Made by a program: the position numbers and the translations under genes. From Duncaniella sp. (GTDB lineage: Bacteria; Bacteroidota; Bacteroidia; Bacteroidales; Muribaculaceae), in contig JAIDCC010000095.1 in assembly GCA_029056055.1 (NCBI GenBank), forward strand, positions 3,747 to 67,746: 64,000 nt of DNA, read 5' to 3'. Positions 28,120-37,449 of this stretch are shown here, in pieces (positions within the stretch are counted from its first letter, which is position 1; every line of letters starts with the position of its first letter). The notes beneath the pieces were generated by a model, which saw only the letters and a program-made list of their open reading frames with translations, had not been told where the DNA came from and searched no databases.

Positions 28120-29304
28120 ATGGAAATCAGACACCTTGGAATTGCTGTCGGCGTGGCCGGCACTCTGGCATGCGGCGCTTTGTCGGGCTGCAAGGGCAGT
28201 GACAAGAACTCGGCCGCGACTGCGGCAGCCGATTCGACCTACTGCAATCCGCTGCGCGATACCGATGGAAATTACGTCACTTTCGGCGACCCGTTCATCC
28301 TCAAGGCGAGCGACGGACGTTTCTACATGTATGGCACGACAGACTACACGTTTCTCGACCATCGCTGCTATTCGAGCGACGACCTGGTGAACTGGACCTA
28401 CGAGGGGGTATGCTACACACCTTCCGACTCGACGTGGACCACCGACACGTTCTGGGCGCCCGAGGTGTATGAGCACGACGGGAAGTTTTACATGTTCCAC
28501 AGCTCGAACTGGAAGGAAAACCCCGACGGCGACGAGGAAGTGTTCCGCATCGGTGTGGCCGTGGCCGACAAACCCACCGGTCCATTCAAGGAAATGTATG
28601 ACCACCCGATTTTCGATTCGAAGTATCCCATCATCGATGCCAATCTGCTCTTCGACGAGGATGGCAAAATCTATTTCTACTATTCGCGCTGCTGCTACAA
28701 GCACCCTGTTGACAGCGAACTTGCCGAGAAGCTGAAGAAAGAAGGCAAGGCCGACGAAGTGCAGGAAAGCTGGATTTACGGGGTGGAAATCAAACCCGAC
28801 TTCAGCGGCATCATCGGCGAGCCTAAGCTTCTGCTTCAACCCCCGCTGACTCTCGCCGACCCTCAGTCGAAATGGGAAGACAATTCGGCCAATGCGGGCG
28901 AGGGCGAGGCTATCCGCCGATGGAACGAGGGGTCGTACATCTTCAAGCACGGCGATAAGTATTACATGATGTATTCGTGCAACTACTGGCGCGGACAATA
29001 CTACGCCGTGGGTTACGCCACGTCTGACAACCCCCTCGGCCCCTTCGTCAAGGCTCCCGAAAATCCTATCCTCGAACGCAACAACGACAAGGGCGGCGAC
29101 GTCTATTGCACCGGCCACAACATGGTGGTGACCCTCGACGACGGCACGATGTATTGCGTCTATCACGGACGTACGGCGGAGACCGACAGCATCACGGGCG
29201 ATGCGAAACGTGTGGCTTTCATCGACAAGATGGAGATTACGCCCGACGGACGTCTGGTGGTCAACGGTCCGACAACTACGCCCCAGCCGCGCCCTGCGCT
29301 CTGA
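28120..29304 (+). CDS. Glycoside hydrolase family 43 lipoprotein
   Basis: Lipobox (ACGALSGCKG) and GH43-like blocks: DPFILKASDGRFYMYGT, FWAPEVYEHDGKFYMFHS, NEGSYIFKHGDKYYMMYS. Confidence 0.8.
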   Translation: MEIRHLGIAVGVAGTLACGALSGCKGSDKNSAATAAADSTYCNPLRDTDGNYVTFGDPFILKASDGRFYMYGTTDYTFLDHRCYSSDDLVNWTYEGVCYTPSDSTWTTDTFWAPEVYEHDGKFYMFHSSNWKENPDGDEEVFRIGVAVADKPTGPFKEMYDHPIFDSKYPIIDANLLFDEDGKIYFYYSRCCYKHPVDSELAEKLKKEGKADEVQESWIYGVEIKPDFSGIIGEPKLLLQPPLTLADPQSKWEDNSANAGEGEAIRRWNEGSYIFKHGDKYYMMYSCNYWRGQYYAVGYATSDNPLGPFVKAPENPILERNNDKGGDVYCTGHNMVVTLDDGTMYCVYHGRTAETDSITGDAKRVAFIDKMEITPDGRLVVNGPTTTPQPRPAL

Positions 29305-29328
29305 GGTCAAAAAAATAGAAAGAACTAT

Positions 29329-29371
29329 GTCGCAGCCGACACGGAAGTGTGTCAGCCGCGACTTTTCTTTT
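29329..29371 (+). terminator. Possible intrinsic terminator after the GH43 gene
   Basis: Imperfect stem GTCGCAGCCGACAC / GTGTCAGCCGCGAC (two mismatches), loop GGAA, followed by TTTTCTTTT. Confidence 0.4.
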
Positions 29372-29383
29372 CGGGGCGTTGTC

Positions 29384-30169
29384 TCAGCCGAGAACTACAT
29401 CGAGCACCATCATTAGGATGAATCCTGCCGTGAAACCGAGGGTGCCGACGTTGGAGTGGCGTCCCTCCTGTGTCTCGGGGATGAGTTCCTCGACCACCAC
29501 ATACATCATTGAGCCTGCGGCGAATGCGAGCAGGTAGGGAAGGATGGGCACGATGAACGAGGCGAGCAGGATGGTGAGGATGGCGCCGACGGGTTCGACC
29601 ACGCCGCTGAGGGTGCCCATCAGAAACGAGCGGCGGCGCGAATTGCCGGCGGCGCGCAGAGGCATAGCCACGATAGCCCCTTCGGGGAAATTCTGTATGG
29701 CCATGCCGATTGAGAGGGCCACGGCTCCGGCCATGGGCATGAACGAATTGTGCTCCAAGGCTCCGGCGAGCGCCACACCTACGGCCATGCCCTCGGGGAT
29801 ATTGTGGAGCGTCACCGAAAGGAAGAGTTTCGTGCTGCGCGAGAGTCCGGAGCGCGGGCCTTCGCTTTCAGGAGAATCGAGGTGCTGGTGGGGCACGAGA
29901 TTGTCGAGCAAGAGCAGGAAAAGTATGCCGGCGAGAAAACCGACGGCGGCCGGGACGACGCGCGCCACGCCATCGTGGCCCGACATTTCCATGGCCGGGA
30001 TAATCAGCGACCACACCGAGGCGGCCACCATCACACCGGCCGCAAAACCGGTGAGCCCTTTCTGCAACAACGCCGGAATGCGGTGTTTCATAAAGAGCAC
30101 GCAGGCCGCGCCGAGCGTCGTGCCCAGCATCGGCAAAAGTAGACCTATGTATAATCCGTTCATAATCAT
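29384..30169 (-). CDS. ZIP-family divalent metal transporter (ZupT-like)
   Basis: 261 aa and polytopic, with ZIP signature-like HNIPEGMAVG and QNFPEGAIV. Confidence 0.8.
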   Translation of the reverse strand: MIMNGLYIGLLLPMLGTTLGAACVLFMKHRIPALLQKGLTGFAAGVMVAASVWSLIIPAMEMSGHDGVARVVPAAVGFLAGILFLLLLDNLVPHQHLDSPESEGPRSGLSRSTKLFLSVTLHNIPEGMAVGVALAGALEHNSFMPMAGAVALSIGMAIQNFPEGAIVAMPLRAAGNSRRRSFLMGTLSGVVEPVGAILTILLASFIVPILPYLLAFAAGSMMYVVVEELIPETQEGRHSNVGTLGFTAGFILMMVLDVVLG

Positions 30170-30254
30170 TCAACACCGGCCGAGGCCGAAGGGTTCAGTG
30201 TAAACAAACTTGTTGCGGGGCGTGTTATTACTGAAAAACAAACTCTTCTTAATC

Positions 30255-30584
30255 ATGTTAGAATCAAACGTAAAATTCGGCGAGGTTCACACCCTTGCCT
30301 CACTGGTGAGCGCATCTGACGCACACGTAAGTTTCCAAAACATTTTCGGAAGTGCCAACGGTGGAGTCAACCTCGTGGCCTTCAAAGCGGGTCAGCGTCT
30401 CGACACCCACGTGGCTCCCGCCGACATCATGGTCTACGTCATGGAAGGCGAAATATCATTTACAGTCAACGACACTCCCCACACCATAGGCGCAGGACAA
30501 TTCCTGCTGCTCGGCGCAGGCGTGGCCCACAGGGTCGAGGCGAAGGCCGACTCAAAGATGATGCTCGTAAAGGTAAAGGCATGA
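30255..30584 (+). CDS. Cupin-domain protein
   Basis: 109 aa from MLESNVKF. Cupin-like GQRLDTHVAPADIMVYVMEGE...GAGVAHRVEA. Confidence 0.65.
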   Translation: MLESNVKFGEVHTLASLVSASDAHVSFQNIFGSANGGVNLVAFKAGQRLDTHVAPADIMVYVMEGEISFTVNDTPHTIGAGQFLLLGAGVAHRVEAKADSKMMLVKVKA

Positions 30585-30958
30585 CACGTCTTCGTCTGAG
30601 CCGGGCTTACGAACCCGCGACACCCGACGACGGCTACCGCGTCTACATCGACCGCCTCTGGCCGCGGGGATTATCGCACGAAACTTTTCACTACGATGCC
30701 TGGGACAAGGAGATAGCACCCTCCGACGCTCTGCGCCACCGTTTCCACTCCAACCCCGACGCACTGTGGGCCGATTTCGAGCGTGACTACCGCGCCGAGC
30801 TCGCGGCCAATCCCGACTTCGCAGCCTTCGTGGCCGAGCTGGCCGCGCATCCCGTAGTGACGCTGCTCTATTCGTCGCACAACGAGACGGAAAACAACGC
30901 CGTCGTTGTGGCCGACACTCTCGCCGGCACCTATCCCGACAAATTTACATTATCCTAA
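30581..30958 (+). CDS. DUF488-family protein
   Basis: 125 aa. [25 protein letters not shown] matches my memory of the DUF488/YeaO N-terminus. ATGA overlap with the cupin gene. Confidence 0.6.
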   Translation: MTRLRLSRAYEPATPDDGYRVYIDRLWPRGLSHETFHYDAWDKEIAPSDALRHRFHSNPDALWADFERDYRAELAANPDFAAFVAELAAHPVVTLLYSSHNETENNAVVVADTLAGTYPDKFTLS

Positions 30959-30995
30959 TCACCCTCTTCATACTCTTCACCCCCACTACCCTACT

Positions 30996-32642
30996 ATGGA
31001 TATGTTTTGCTATCAGTGTCAGGAGACCGCCAAAGGCTCCGGCTGCACATTGCGCGGAGTCTGCGGTAAATTGCCCGAGACGTCAGCCCGCATGGACCTT
31101 CTGCTCTACGCCACCCGCGGTGTCGCCATACTCAACACGCTTCTCCGCAAGAATGGCGAGGCCGACCGCGAGGCCGACCATCAAGTGATAGACGCCCTTT
31201 TCACGACAATCACCAACGCGAATTTCGACAATCCGTCGCTCGACGATTACATCCGTCGCGCCTTTGAGGTGAAACGCGAACTGAAGGCCAAATGCGAGAA
31301 GGCGGCCATTGCCTTGCCCGATGCCCCCGAGGTGGCACTCGAAGCCACTCCCGCCGACTATGAGAAGCTCGAAAGCGTCACCGGCGTGCTCGCCGAGCCT
31401 GACCCCGACAAGCGCGGATTGCGACAGCTTGCCATCTACGGAGCCAAAGGCGCGGCTGCCTACGCCCGCCACGCGGCTAATCTCAAATATGAAGACGATG
31501 AAGTCTATGCCATAATCGAAGAGGTGCTCGCCGACGTGAGCCGGGCCGACATCTCCGTCGACGAACTCGTCAAGGTGGTGCTCCGCATGGGCGAAGGTGG
31601 TGTGAAGGCAATGGCCCTGCTCGACTCGGCCAACACCGGCACCTACGGTAACCCCGAAATAACGAAAGTTGACATCGGCGTGCGCAAGAACCCCGGTATC
31701 CTCATCTCGGGCCACGACCTGCGCGACCTTGAAGAGCTACTCGAACAGACTGCGGGCACGGGCGTCGACGTCTACACCCATTCGGAAATGCTTCCGGGTC
31801 AATACTACCCCTACTTCAAGAAGTATCCCCACTTCGCGGGCAACTATGGCAACGCATGGTGGAAACAGGTAGACGAGTTCGAGACTTTCAACGGGTGTTT
31901 CGTCTTCACGTCGAACTGCATCGTGCCTCCGCGCCAAACAGCCACCTACACCGACCGCATCTATACGCTCGGCGTGGTGGGTATGCCCGGCACACACCAT
32001 ATCGAAGCTGATGCCGAAGGGCGTCACGACTTCTCGGAAGTGATAGCCAAAGCCAAGACCTGCCCTGCTCCAACCGAAATCGAGCATGGCGAAATCATCG
32101 GCGGCTTCGCACATCATCAGGTGGAGGAGCTTGCTCCGAAAATCGTCGACCTCATCAAGCGTGGCAAAATCAGAAAGTTTGTGGTGATGGCGGGCTGCGA
32201 CGGCCGTTTCCCCTCGCGCAACTACTACACGGAGTTTGCCGAGGCTCTCCCCGACGACTGCGTGATTCTCACCGCGGGATGTGCCAAGTATCGCTACAAC
32301 AAACTGCCGCTCGGCGACATCGAGGGAGTGCCCCGCGTGCTTGATGCCGGACAGTGTAACGACTCCTACTCGCTCGTGCGCATAGCCATGGCTCTTCAGG
32401 AGGCGTTCGGGCTTGAGTCGATAAATCAGCTGCCGCTGGTATTCAACATCGCATGGTATGAACAGAAAGCGGTCATCGTGCTTCTCGCGCTGCTCTACCT
32501 TGGCGTGCAGGGCATCCACACCGGGCCTACCCTCCCCGCATTCTTCACGCCCGACATCCTGAAAGTGCTTCAGGAGAAGTTTGCCATCGGCACAATCTCC
32601 ACCGTAGAAAACGACATCGCCACCCTCATCGGCGAAAAGTGA
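30996..32642 (+). CDS. hcp: Hydroxylamine reductase / hybrid-cluster protein
   Basis: Starts [25 protein letters not shown], the N-terminal Cys cluster of Hcp. 548 aa. The upstream 30 codons in the track overlap the DUF488 gene. Confidence 0.9.
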   Translation: MDMFCYQCQETAKGSGCTLRGVCGKLPETSARMDLLLYATRGVAILNTLLRKNGEADREADHQVIDALFTTITNANFDNPSLDDYIRRAFEVKRELKAKCEKAAIALPDAPEVALEATPADYEKLESVTGVLAEPDPDKRGLRQLAIYGAKGAAAYARHAANLKYEDDEVYAIIEEVLADVSRADISVDELVKVVLRMGEGGVKAMALLDSANTGTYGNPEITKVDIGVRKNPGILISGHDLRDLEELLEQTAGTGVDVYTHSEMLPGQYYPYFKKYPHFAGNYGNAWWKQVDEFETFNGCFVFTSNCIVPPRQTATYTDRIYTLGVVGMPGTHHIEADAEGRHDFSEVIAKAKTCPAPTEIEHGEIIGGFAHHQVEELAPKIVDLIKRGKIRKFVVMAGCDGRFPSRNYYTEFAEALPDDCVILTAGCAKYRYNKLPLGDIEGVPRVLDAGQCNDSYSLVRIAMALQEAFGLESINQLPLVFNIAWYEQKAVIVLLALLYLGVQGIHTGPTLPAFFTPDILKVLQEKFAIGTISTVENDIATLIGEK

Positions 32643-32672
32643 TTTTCCCCCCAACGGACGTCACAATAACAG

Positions 32673-32707
32673 AACCGCGCCGCAAGCATAAGTCTTGTGG
32701 CGCGGTT
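32673..32707. terminator. Hairpin terminator between convergent hcp and glycosyltransferase genes
   Basis: A 14-bp stem AACCGCGCCGCAAG / CTTGTGGCGCGGTT (one G-T wobble), loop CATAAGT, then TGAATTTCTT. Confidence 0.6.
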
Positions 32708-32736
32708 TGAATTTCTTCAGCCGGAAGTGCGGGGGG

Positions 32737-33858
32737 TCAGGAGGGGAGGCCGAGGGAGGCGAAGATGGGGTTGAGACGGTGCATCCAGGTGTGGCAGCTT
32801 TCGGCACGGCGACGGGCGGCGTCCTTCATGGCGCGCACCTCGCTGTCGCGGGCGGGCGAGAGGTAGTAGCGGCAGAGGTCGGCCATCTCTTCGCGGCTGT
32901 CGTAGAGCACGATTTCCTTGCGGTCGTCGAAGTAGGAGGCAATTTCGTCGTTGCGAGAGGTGAGCTGGAGGCCTCCGCACATCGGGATTTCGAACGTTCG
33001 CAGATGAATCTTGGGGATGGGATTGGCGAGCACGTAGGTGTCGCGCAGTTCGGTGATGTTGAGCGAGAGAGCGTGGGCCGAGTAGAGGGCGGTCATCTCG
33101 TCGAAGGGCACCGAGGGGTGGGCGTGAAACGCCGGAGCCTGGCGGTCGAGCGGCGCGTCGTGGTGGAATTTGTTGAGTATGGTCGAGGCAAGCACACGGC
33201 GCCCTATGGGAAAGCGGAGGTAGCGCGAGGCCTTGACGGCCACGTCGAGGGGATTGAATTTCTTGTGGCCGCCACGCACGGAATTGTTGACCGAGCTGTC
33301 GGCCAACGCATTAGAGTAGACATCGGTGTCGATGCCGGCGTGGACGAGGTCGTTGAGCTTGTTGGTGCGACTTCCGTAGGGCGAGCCGATGAACCCGACG
33401 CTGCGCAGGGTGTCGGTGTAGGGCGCGGGGCGATAGGTGAAAGGATTGGCGGCGTAGGTGGCGAAATGAATGTTTCGGCATCCCCAGCGCTCGAAGAGGT
33501 AGCGAGTCTCGTGAGAGGTGAGCCACACGGCGTCGAAGAGAGGGGCAATGCGACGCTGCTTGTAGGGGAGCTCGAGGTTGTCCCAGGCTATCATCAGCGA
33601 GGGGATACCAAGTTCGCGCACGCGCGTCATCGTGTCGGGCAGAAGCACGCTTTGGTCGTCGCAACTCATGAAGAGATTGTAGCCACCCTCGCGCAGGAGC
33701 GCGAGAGCTTTCTCGCCGGCCTCGGCAGCCGACTCGCAGAGGGCGGGATTGAACGTCACCACTTCGTGGCCGGCACGCTCAAGCTCATCTATCAGATTGG
33801 AGCGCTGCCACTGATACATGGGCGTGGGGTATTCCAGAAAGTAGTAGAAAATCTTCAT
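32737..33858 (-). CDS. Glycosyltransferase (CgeB/DUF3880-like family)
   Basis: 373 aa from MKIFYYFLEYPT. C-terminal block EIVLYDSREEMADLCRYYLSPARDSEVRAMKDAARRRAESCHTWMHRL resembles CgeB-type GTs. ATGA overlap with the upstream GT2 gene; the track ORF extension beyond 33858 is out-of-frame overlap. Confidence 0.65.
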   Translation of the reverse strand: MKIFYYFLEYPTPMYQWQRSNLIDELERAGHEVVTFNPALCESAAEAGEKALALLREGGYNLFMSCDDQSVLLPDTMTRVRELGIPSLMIAWDNLELPYKQRRIAPLFDAVWLTSHETRYLFERWGCRNIHFATYAANPFTYRPAPYTDTLRSVGFIGSPYGSRTNKLNDLVHAGIDTDVYSNALADSSVNNSVRGGHKKFNPLDVAVKASRYLRFPIGRRVLASTILNKFHHDAPLDRQAPAFHAHPSVPFDEMTALYSAHALSLNITELRDTYVLANPIPKIHLRTFEIPMCGGLQLTSRNDEIASYFDDRKEIVLYDSREEMADLCRYYLSPARDSEVRAMKDAARRRAESCHTWMHRLNPIFASLGLPS

Positions 33859-34919
33859 TTGAGCTTGTCGCGGCGCAGGCGCGAGAAAAGGGTGATGATG
33901 AGATAGCAGGTGGCAAACCTCCCGGCTAGCATGGCGCGCAGGAGGGTGCGCTGCTTGAAGGGGAGGGAGTCGATGTCGTAGTCCTCGCATCGGGCGCGGA
34001 ACACGGGGTCGGAAACACGCTCGTGAAACCAACGGCGCTTTTCGGCCATCGAGAGGGTCTTCGACATGAAGACGTGGCGCATGTTGGCGCGCAGGGCACG
34101 GATGTAGAAGCCCGTGGCGTAGTGCAGGGCTTCGGAGCCCATGCCGGCCTCGGTGAGCACCTCGGTGACGTGGCGCGAATAGGTCTCGACGCGGTCCATG
34201 ACATTGAGGTTGAGCCGCTGCGTGAGACTTCCGGGGGTGACGCGATAGTGGTAGTAGGTGCGGGGGAGCCACACCACGCGGCGTGCGTGCATGTAGAAGT
34301 CGAAGCTGAAGAGATAGTCTTCGCTCATGTACTGACGCTCGCTTTCGAAGCGAATGTGATGACGCTCGATGATGTCGCGGCGGTAGATGGCCATGCACGA
34401 TGAGCCGCCCATGTCATATCGTTCGTGAGCCGGGGTGGGGATGTCGAAGATGCAGAGGGCAATCGCGCGGATGTCTGCTTCGGAGTCGAACAACTGCGGC
34501 GCGCCGTCGTAGCTCTCGGGGGTGGATTGACCCGAATCTGTGAAACGGTTGCAGGTGTAGCGCACCATGTCGGCACCGGTCTCGTCGAGAATCGCAAGGG
34601 CGTCGGCAAATGTATCGGGCGAGATGGTGTCGTCGGAGTCAATGAAAGTGACATACTCGCCCCGCGCCGCTTCGAGGCCGGTGTTGCGCGCGTAGCCGAG
34701 GCCTTCGTTGAGCTTGTGGATGACGCGGAAACGCTTGTCTTCGGCAGCAATCCTGTCGCAGAGAGCGGGAGAGCCGTCGGGCGAACCGTCGTCGACGAGC
34801 ACCACTTCGAAATCGGTAAACGTCTGCGCCTTGAGCGACCTTACGATCTCCTCAAGGTAGCGCTCGGTGCGATAGACCGGCACAATGACACTTAGTTTCA
34901 CACGTTCGGATTGATGCAT
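33855..34919 (-). CDS. Glycosyltransferase family 2
   Basis: LSVIVPVYRTERYLEEIVRSLKAQTFTDFEVVLVDDGSPDGS and a DxD motif (FIDSDD). Confidence 0.85.
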   Translation of the reverse strand: MHQSERVKLSVIVPVYRTERYLEEIVRSLKAQTFTDFEVVLVDDGSPDGSPALCDRIAAEDKRFRVIHKLNEGLGYARNTGLEAARGEYVTFIDSDDTISPDTFADALAILDETGADMVRYTCNRFTDSGQSTPESYDGAPQLFDSEADIRAIALCIFDIPTPAHERYDMGGSSCMAIYRRDIIERHHIRFESERQYMSEDYLFSFDFYMHARRVVWLPRTYYHYRVTPGSLTQRLNLNVMDRVETYSRHVTEVLTEAGMGSEALHYATGFYIRALRANMRHVFMSKTLSMAEKRRWFHERVSDPVFRARCEDYDIDSLPFKQRTLLRAMLAGRFATCYLIITLFSRLRRDKLK

Positions 34920-35037
34920 AACGAGAGGCGGGTTACATTCTCTCTAATAACGCAGCCCACAGGCCGTCTATTGTGTAGCACCACTAAAAAACCTCCTGTT
35001 CCGGCGTTATCGCACCGTAATGGGGGCCGGGGTGGCG

Positions 35038-35045
35038 TATATTTG
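35038..35045 (+). promoter_or_regulatory. -7 promoter box TATATTTG
   Basis: Exact TAnnTTTG, 20 nt before the ATG at 35065. Confidence 0.45.
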
Positions 35046-35064
35046 CAGAAAAAACTCGTTACCT

Positions 35065-35523
35065 ATGCTTAACAAGAACGCTTTTCCTATGCTTAACAAA
35101 ATCATCATTTTCGCGGTCGGGCTGATGGTCGGCTTAATTGCAGGCCGTTCGCCACGGCAAACTGAAACGCCTTCCGGCTGCTCTCTGACGCTGAGCGTCG
35201 ACACCGTGGTGAAAATTGTAGAACGCCCCCGCCCGATAGCGGTGAGACACGCGCCGGAGACGCTGACCGTAGTGCGCCACGATACGCTCGTCGAAATGGT
35301 CAGGGAGGTAAAGACCTACACCGATTCGTCGAACTATCTGGCAGTGGTGAGCGGCTACGATGCTCGGCTCGACACGCTCCGCATTCTCAACACCGTGGTC
35401 ACGCAGACCGCGAGGAGCAGCGTTAGGCGGCGACACTGGGGCTTGGGCGTGACGGGAGGCATCGGTTTCTCTCAGCGAGGTGTCGCGCCAAGCGTCACAT
35501 TCGGGTTAACCTACATGTTTTAG
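35065..35523 (+). CDS. Hypothetical small membrane-anchored protein
   Basis: One N-terminal TM segment (IIIFAVGLMVGLIAG). There are two in-frame ATGs (35065, 35089) created by a 14-bp direct duplication, CCTATGCTTAACAA. I do not recognise the family. Confidence 0.45.
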   Translation: MLNKNAFPMLNKIIIFAVGLMVGLIAGRSPRQTETPSGCSLTLSVDTVVKIVERPRPIAVRHAPETLTVVRHDTLVEMVREVKTYTDSSNYLAVVSGYDARLDTLRILNTVVTQTARSSVRRRHWGLGVTGGIGFSQRGVAPSVTFGLTYMF

Positions 35524-36008
35524 GGCTTGCACTTCCCGACAGCCGGCTCGGTGAGGCTGACGCGAATGACAGTGGTGATGGCGAGACTGCGGGCGATGGC
35601 GGCGTCGAACCTATCCATGTGGGAGGGCAGAAATCGCTCGCAAAGAAGGCGGAGAGCCTTGATTTTCTCCTCATCGTCGGAGACGACTTCGGCCACGCCG
35701 AGAGCCACGGCCGAATGATAGTACTCGGTGAAATTGTCTTTTTCCTCCTCGAATTTCGGGGTGCAACGGCTGACGGCCGAGAGGCTCACAACGGGCGAAT
35801 GGCGCAGACAGTCGATTTTCTCGCCCTCGGCGGCGCAATGGAAATAGAACGTCCGCCGGTCGGAGCGCACGAGCGACAGAGGCAGCCCGTAGGGTGTTCC
35901 GTCGGGACGGGTGAAACTCACGGTGACGTAGGGAGCGCGGTCGAACACATCGAGAGCCCACTGCTCATCACGCTCCCGCTTTGATTTTCGCATTTGTTTC
36001 ATCTTCAC
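35520..36008 (-). CDS. Pyridoxamine 5'-phosphate oxidase-family protein (Nim-like split-barrel flavoprotein)
   Basis: 162 aa. MRKSKRERDEQWALDVFDRAPYVTVSF...YGLPLSLV...FYFHCAAEGEKIDCL follows the pattern of Pyridox_ox_2/NimA-type proteins. Confidence 0.65.
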   Translation of the reverse strand: MKMKQMRKSKRERDEQWALDVFDRAPYVTVSFTRPDGTPYGLPLSLVRSDRRTFYFHCAAEGEKIDCLRHSPVVSLSAVSRCTPKFEEEKDNFTEYYHSAVALGVAEVVSDDEEKIKALRLLCERFLPSHMDRFDAAIARSLAITTVIRVSLTEPAVGKCKP

Positions 36009-36019
36009 ATTTTTTCATG

Positions 36020-36027
36020 CAAAGTTA
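36020..36027 (-). promoter_or_regulatory. -7 box (TAACTTTG on minus strand) for the Nim-like gene
   Basis: Plus strand CAAAGTTA, 12 nt upstream of the first ATG (36008). Later in-frame ATGs at 36002 and 35993 may be the real start. Confidence 0.45.
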
Positions 36028-36486
36028 GTTACACTCCCCCAAACGGCCAAACATCCCCCGATGAAAAAATGAAAACAATGGATACCGTCGGTCTTGTTGA
36101 AGCCTGCGAAAAGCCCGCTGACCTTTGGAGACAGTGTTATTGGCAGACGTGAGGGCATAAAAAAAGCCCTTCCCTGCGGAATGGCGGATGCGAGTGGATG
36201 GATTGCGGGGGAGAGCGCGATTCAACTTGTTTTCAAATAACGCGCGGGCCGCGAATTAGATATGATAGATAAGTGCGGCCGAGCGACGATACCAATCGCC
36301 GAATTTGTGGATAAATCGTTTCATAATAATGTGGAATTTTGTTATTGTCAGGTGGATATGTTTTATCAACCTTTCGCTATTATAACGCCCTGCGATGAGA
36401 AAAGGTTCAAACACGGTCGGTATGCACATGTCTGTGAGTGGCAGTAATCATCCTAACCAAGACCTATACATACAAAACTGAACGAC

Positions 36487-36606
36487 CTACCCAGAAAGTT
36501 CAGAGAAAACTACCCGGAAAGTTCGGAGAAACTACCCGGAAAGTTCAGAGAAACTACCCGGAAAGGTTCAGAGAAACTACCCAGAAAACTACCCAGAGAA
36601 TTTCGG
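36487..36606. repeat. Tandem direct repeat, 22-23-bp unit CTACCCGGAAAGTTCAGAGAAA; 4 full + 2 partial units
   Basis: Units start at 36487, 36510, 36532 and 36554, with partial units at 36577 and 36589. The units differ by 1-2 substitutions or indels. Confidence 0.9.
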
Positions 36607-36760
36607 ATTTGGTAGCACTCTATTCTTATTTTGAAATTGTTGAACTTTCGGGGCGGCAGGGTGTTTTAATAGCAAAGGCGATACAGAATACAATAAGTAA
36701 CGTCTTTGAAAAGCACACCCTCACATTAACAACTCTTTATCATTTTCTATCTCACTCGCT

Positions 36761-37237
36761 ATGAAAAAATTACTCTCCCTTCTGCCCGCATTGCTTTTAG
36801 GACTCGCCGTGTCATCGTGTTCAGACCACGACGGAAAGGATATGCCTGACGTGAACATTTCGCTCGAATACTCAGGCGGCGCAACCGTGGATAACCACAT
36901 CGTTGTGGAGCAAGGGCAGACACTCTCTATAGACGGACTTTACGTGACCCCCGCCGAGGGCACCAAGAACGCCACGCTCGGACTTACGACTTACTATTGG
37001 GACTTCGTGCCGTTTGAAACGACAGCGATAGTGCCTTTCCAGGCTTCGATTTCAACGGAAGGCATGGAGCTTGGCCACCATGTGCTTCAAGTGCGCACAT
37101 CGATTTATCAGATAGACCGCGAAATGGCCTGGGGCGTATTCAGCTACGATGTCGAAGTGGTAGAACCCTCTTTGAGCAATCCCGAACCTGCAGGCGGGAC
37201 GCTCGTACCGGAGGCACGCATCACCTCGGCCGACTGA
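36761..37237 (+). CDS. Hypothetical small lipoprotein
   Basis: 158 aa with a lipobox (LLGLAVSSCSD). Family not recognised. Confidence 0.6.
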   Translation: MKKLLSLLPALLLGLAVSSCSDHDGKDMPDVNISLEYSGGATVDNHIVVEQGQTLSIDGLYVTPAEGTKNATLGLTTYYWDFVPFETTAIVPFQASISTEGMELGHHVLQVRTSIYQIDREMAWGVFSYDVEVVEPSLSNPEPAGGTLVPEARITSAD

Positions 37238-37264
37238 CGAGCAAACGCGACATACCGAATTCAT

Positions 37265-37449
37265 TAAGTAAGTTCAAAAAATAAAACGAAATATGTAAAG
37301 AAACAATCTTGAACAATAAAACTCGTTCTTTTTGGATGCTTCGGGCCTTTCGTTCAGGCGCATAGCTCGCTATGCTTCTTCACTCAAGACCCAAATCATC
37401 GCAAAAATAACTTCCTTTTATCTGTTCATTTATTTTTCTCACTTACTTA
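37265..37449. repeat. Interspersed nested-palindromic repeat, copy 3 (inverted orientation)
   Basis: Reverse complement of the copy 1 consensus. It lies between convergent genes, and its terminus contains the TAA stop (37443-37445, minus strand) of the ATPase-DUF4435 gene. Confidence 0.9.

Noticed and set aside
30906-30995. N-terminal extensions of track ORFs (hcp from 30906, OMP from 45392, GNAT from 17411, acyltransferase from 15927, nhaA to 47773, GT to 34398, GH2 from 43041, ddh from 54621).
   Set aside because: The extensions overlap upstream genes or repeats, lack family similarity, and are followed by an internal ATG that gives the canonical N-terminus or signal peptide. I used the shorter coordinates.
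35060-35102. The 14-bp direct duplication CCTATGCTTAACAA, which gives two in-frame ATGs for the small membrane protein.
   Set aside because: The duplication is real but trivial. It only adds eight residues (MLNKNAFP) and I see no evidence of function. It is noted in the feature instead.
36487-36606. Whether the tandem repeat is a CRISPR array.
   Set aside because: The units are directly adjacent with no spacers, the unit is only 22-23 bp, and there are no cas genes in the window.
36438-36764. A 108-aa ORF with repetitive sequence (KVQRKLPGKFGETTRKVQRNYPERFRETTQ).
   Set aside because: It is generated by reading through the 22-23-bp tandem repeat. The unit length is not a multiple of three, so the peptide repeat drifts. 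It has no start context or promoter.
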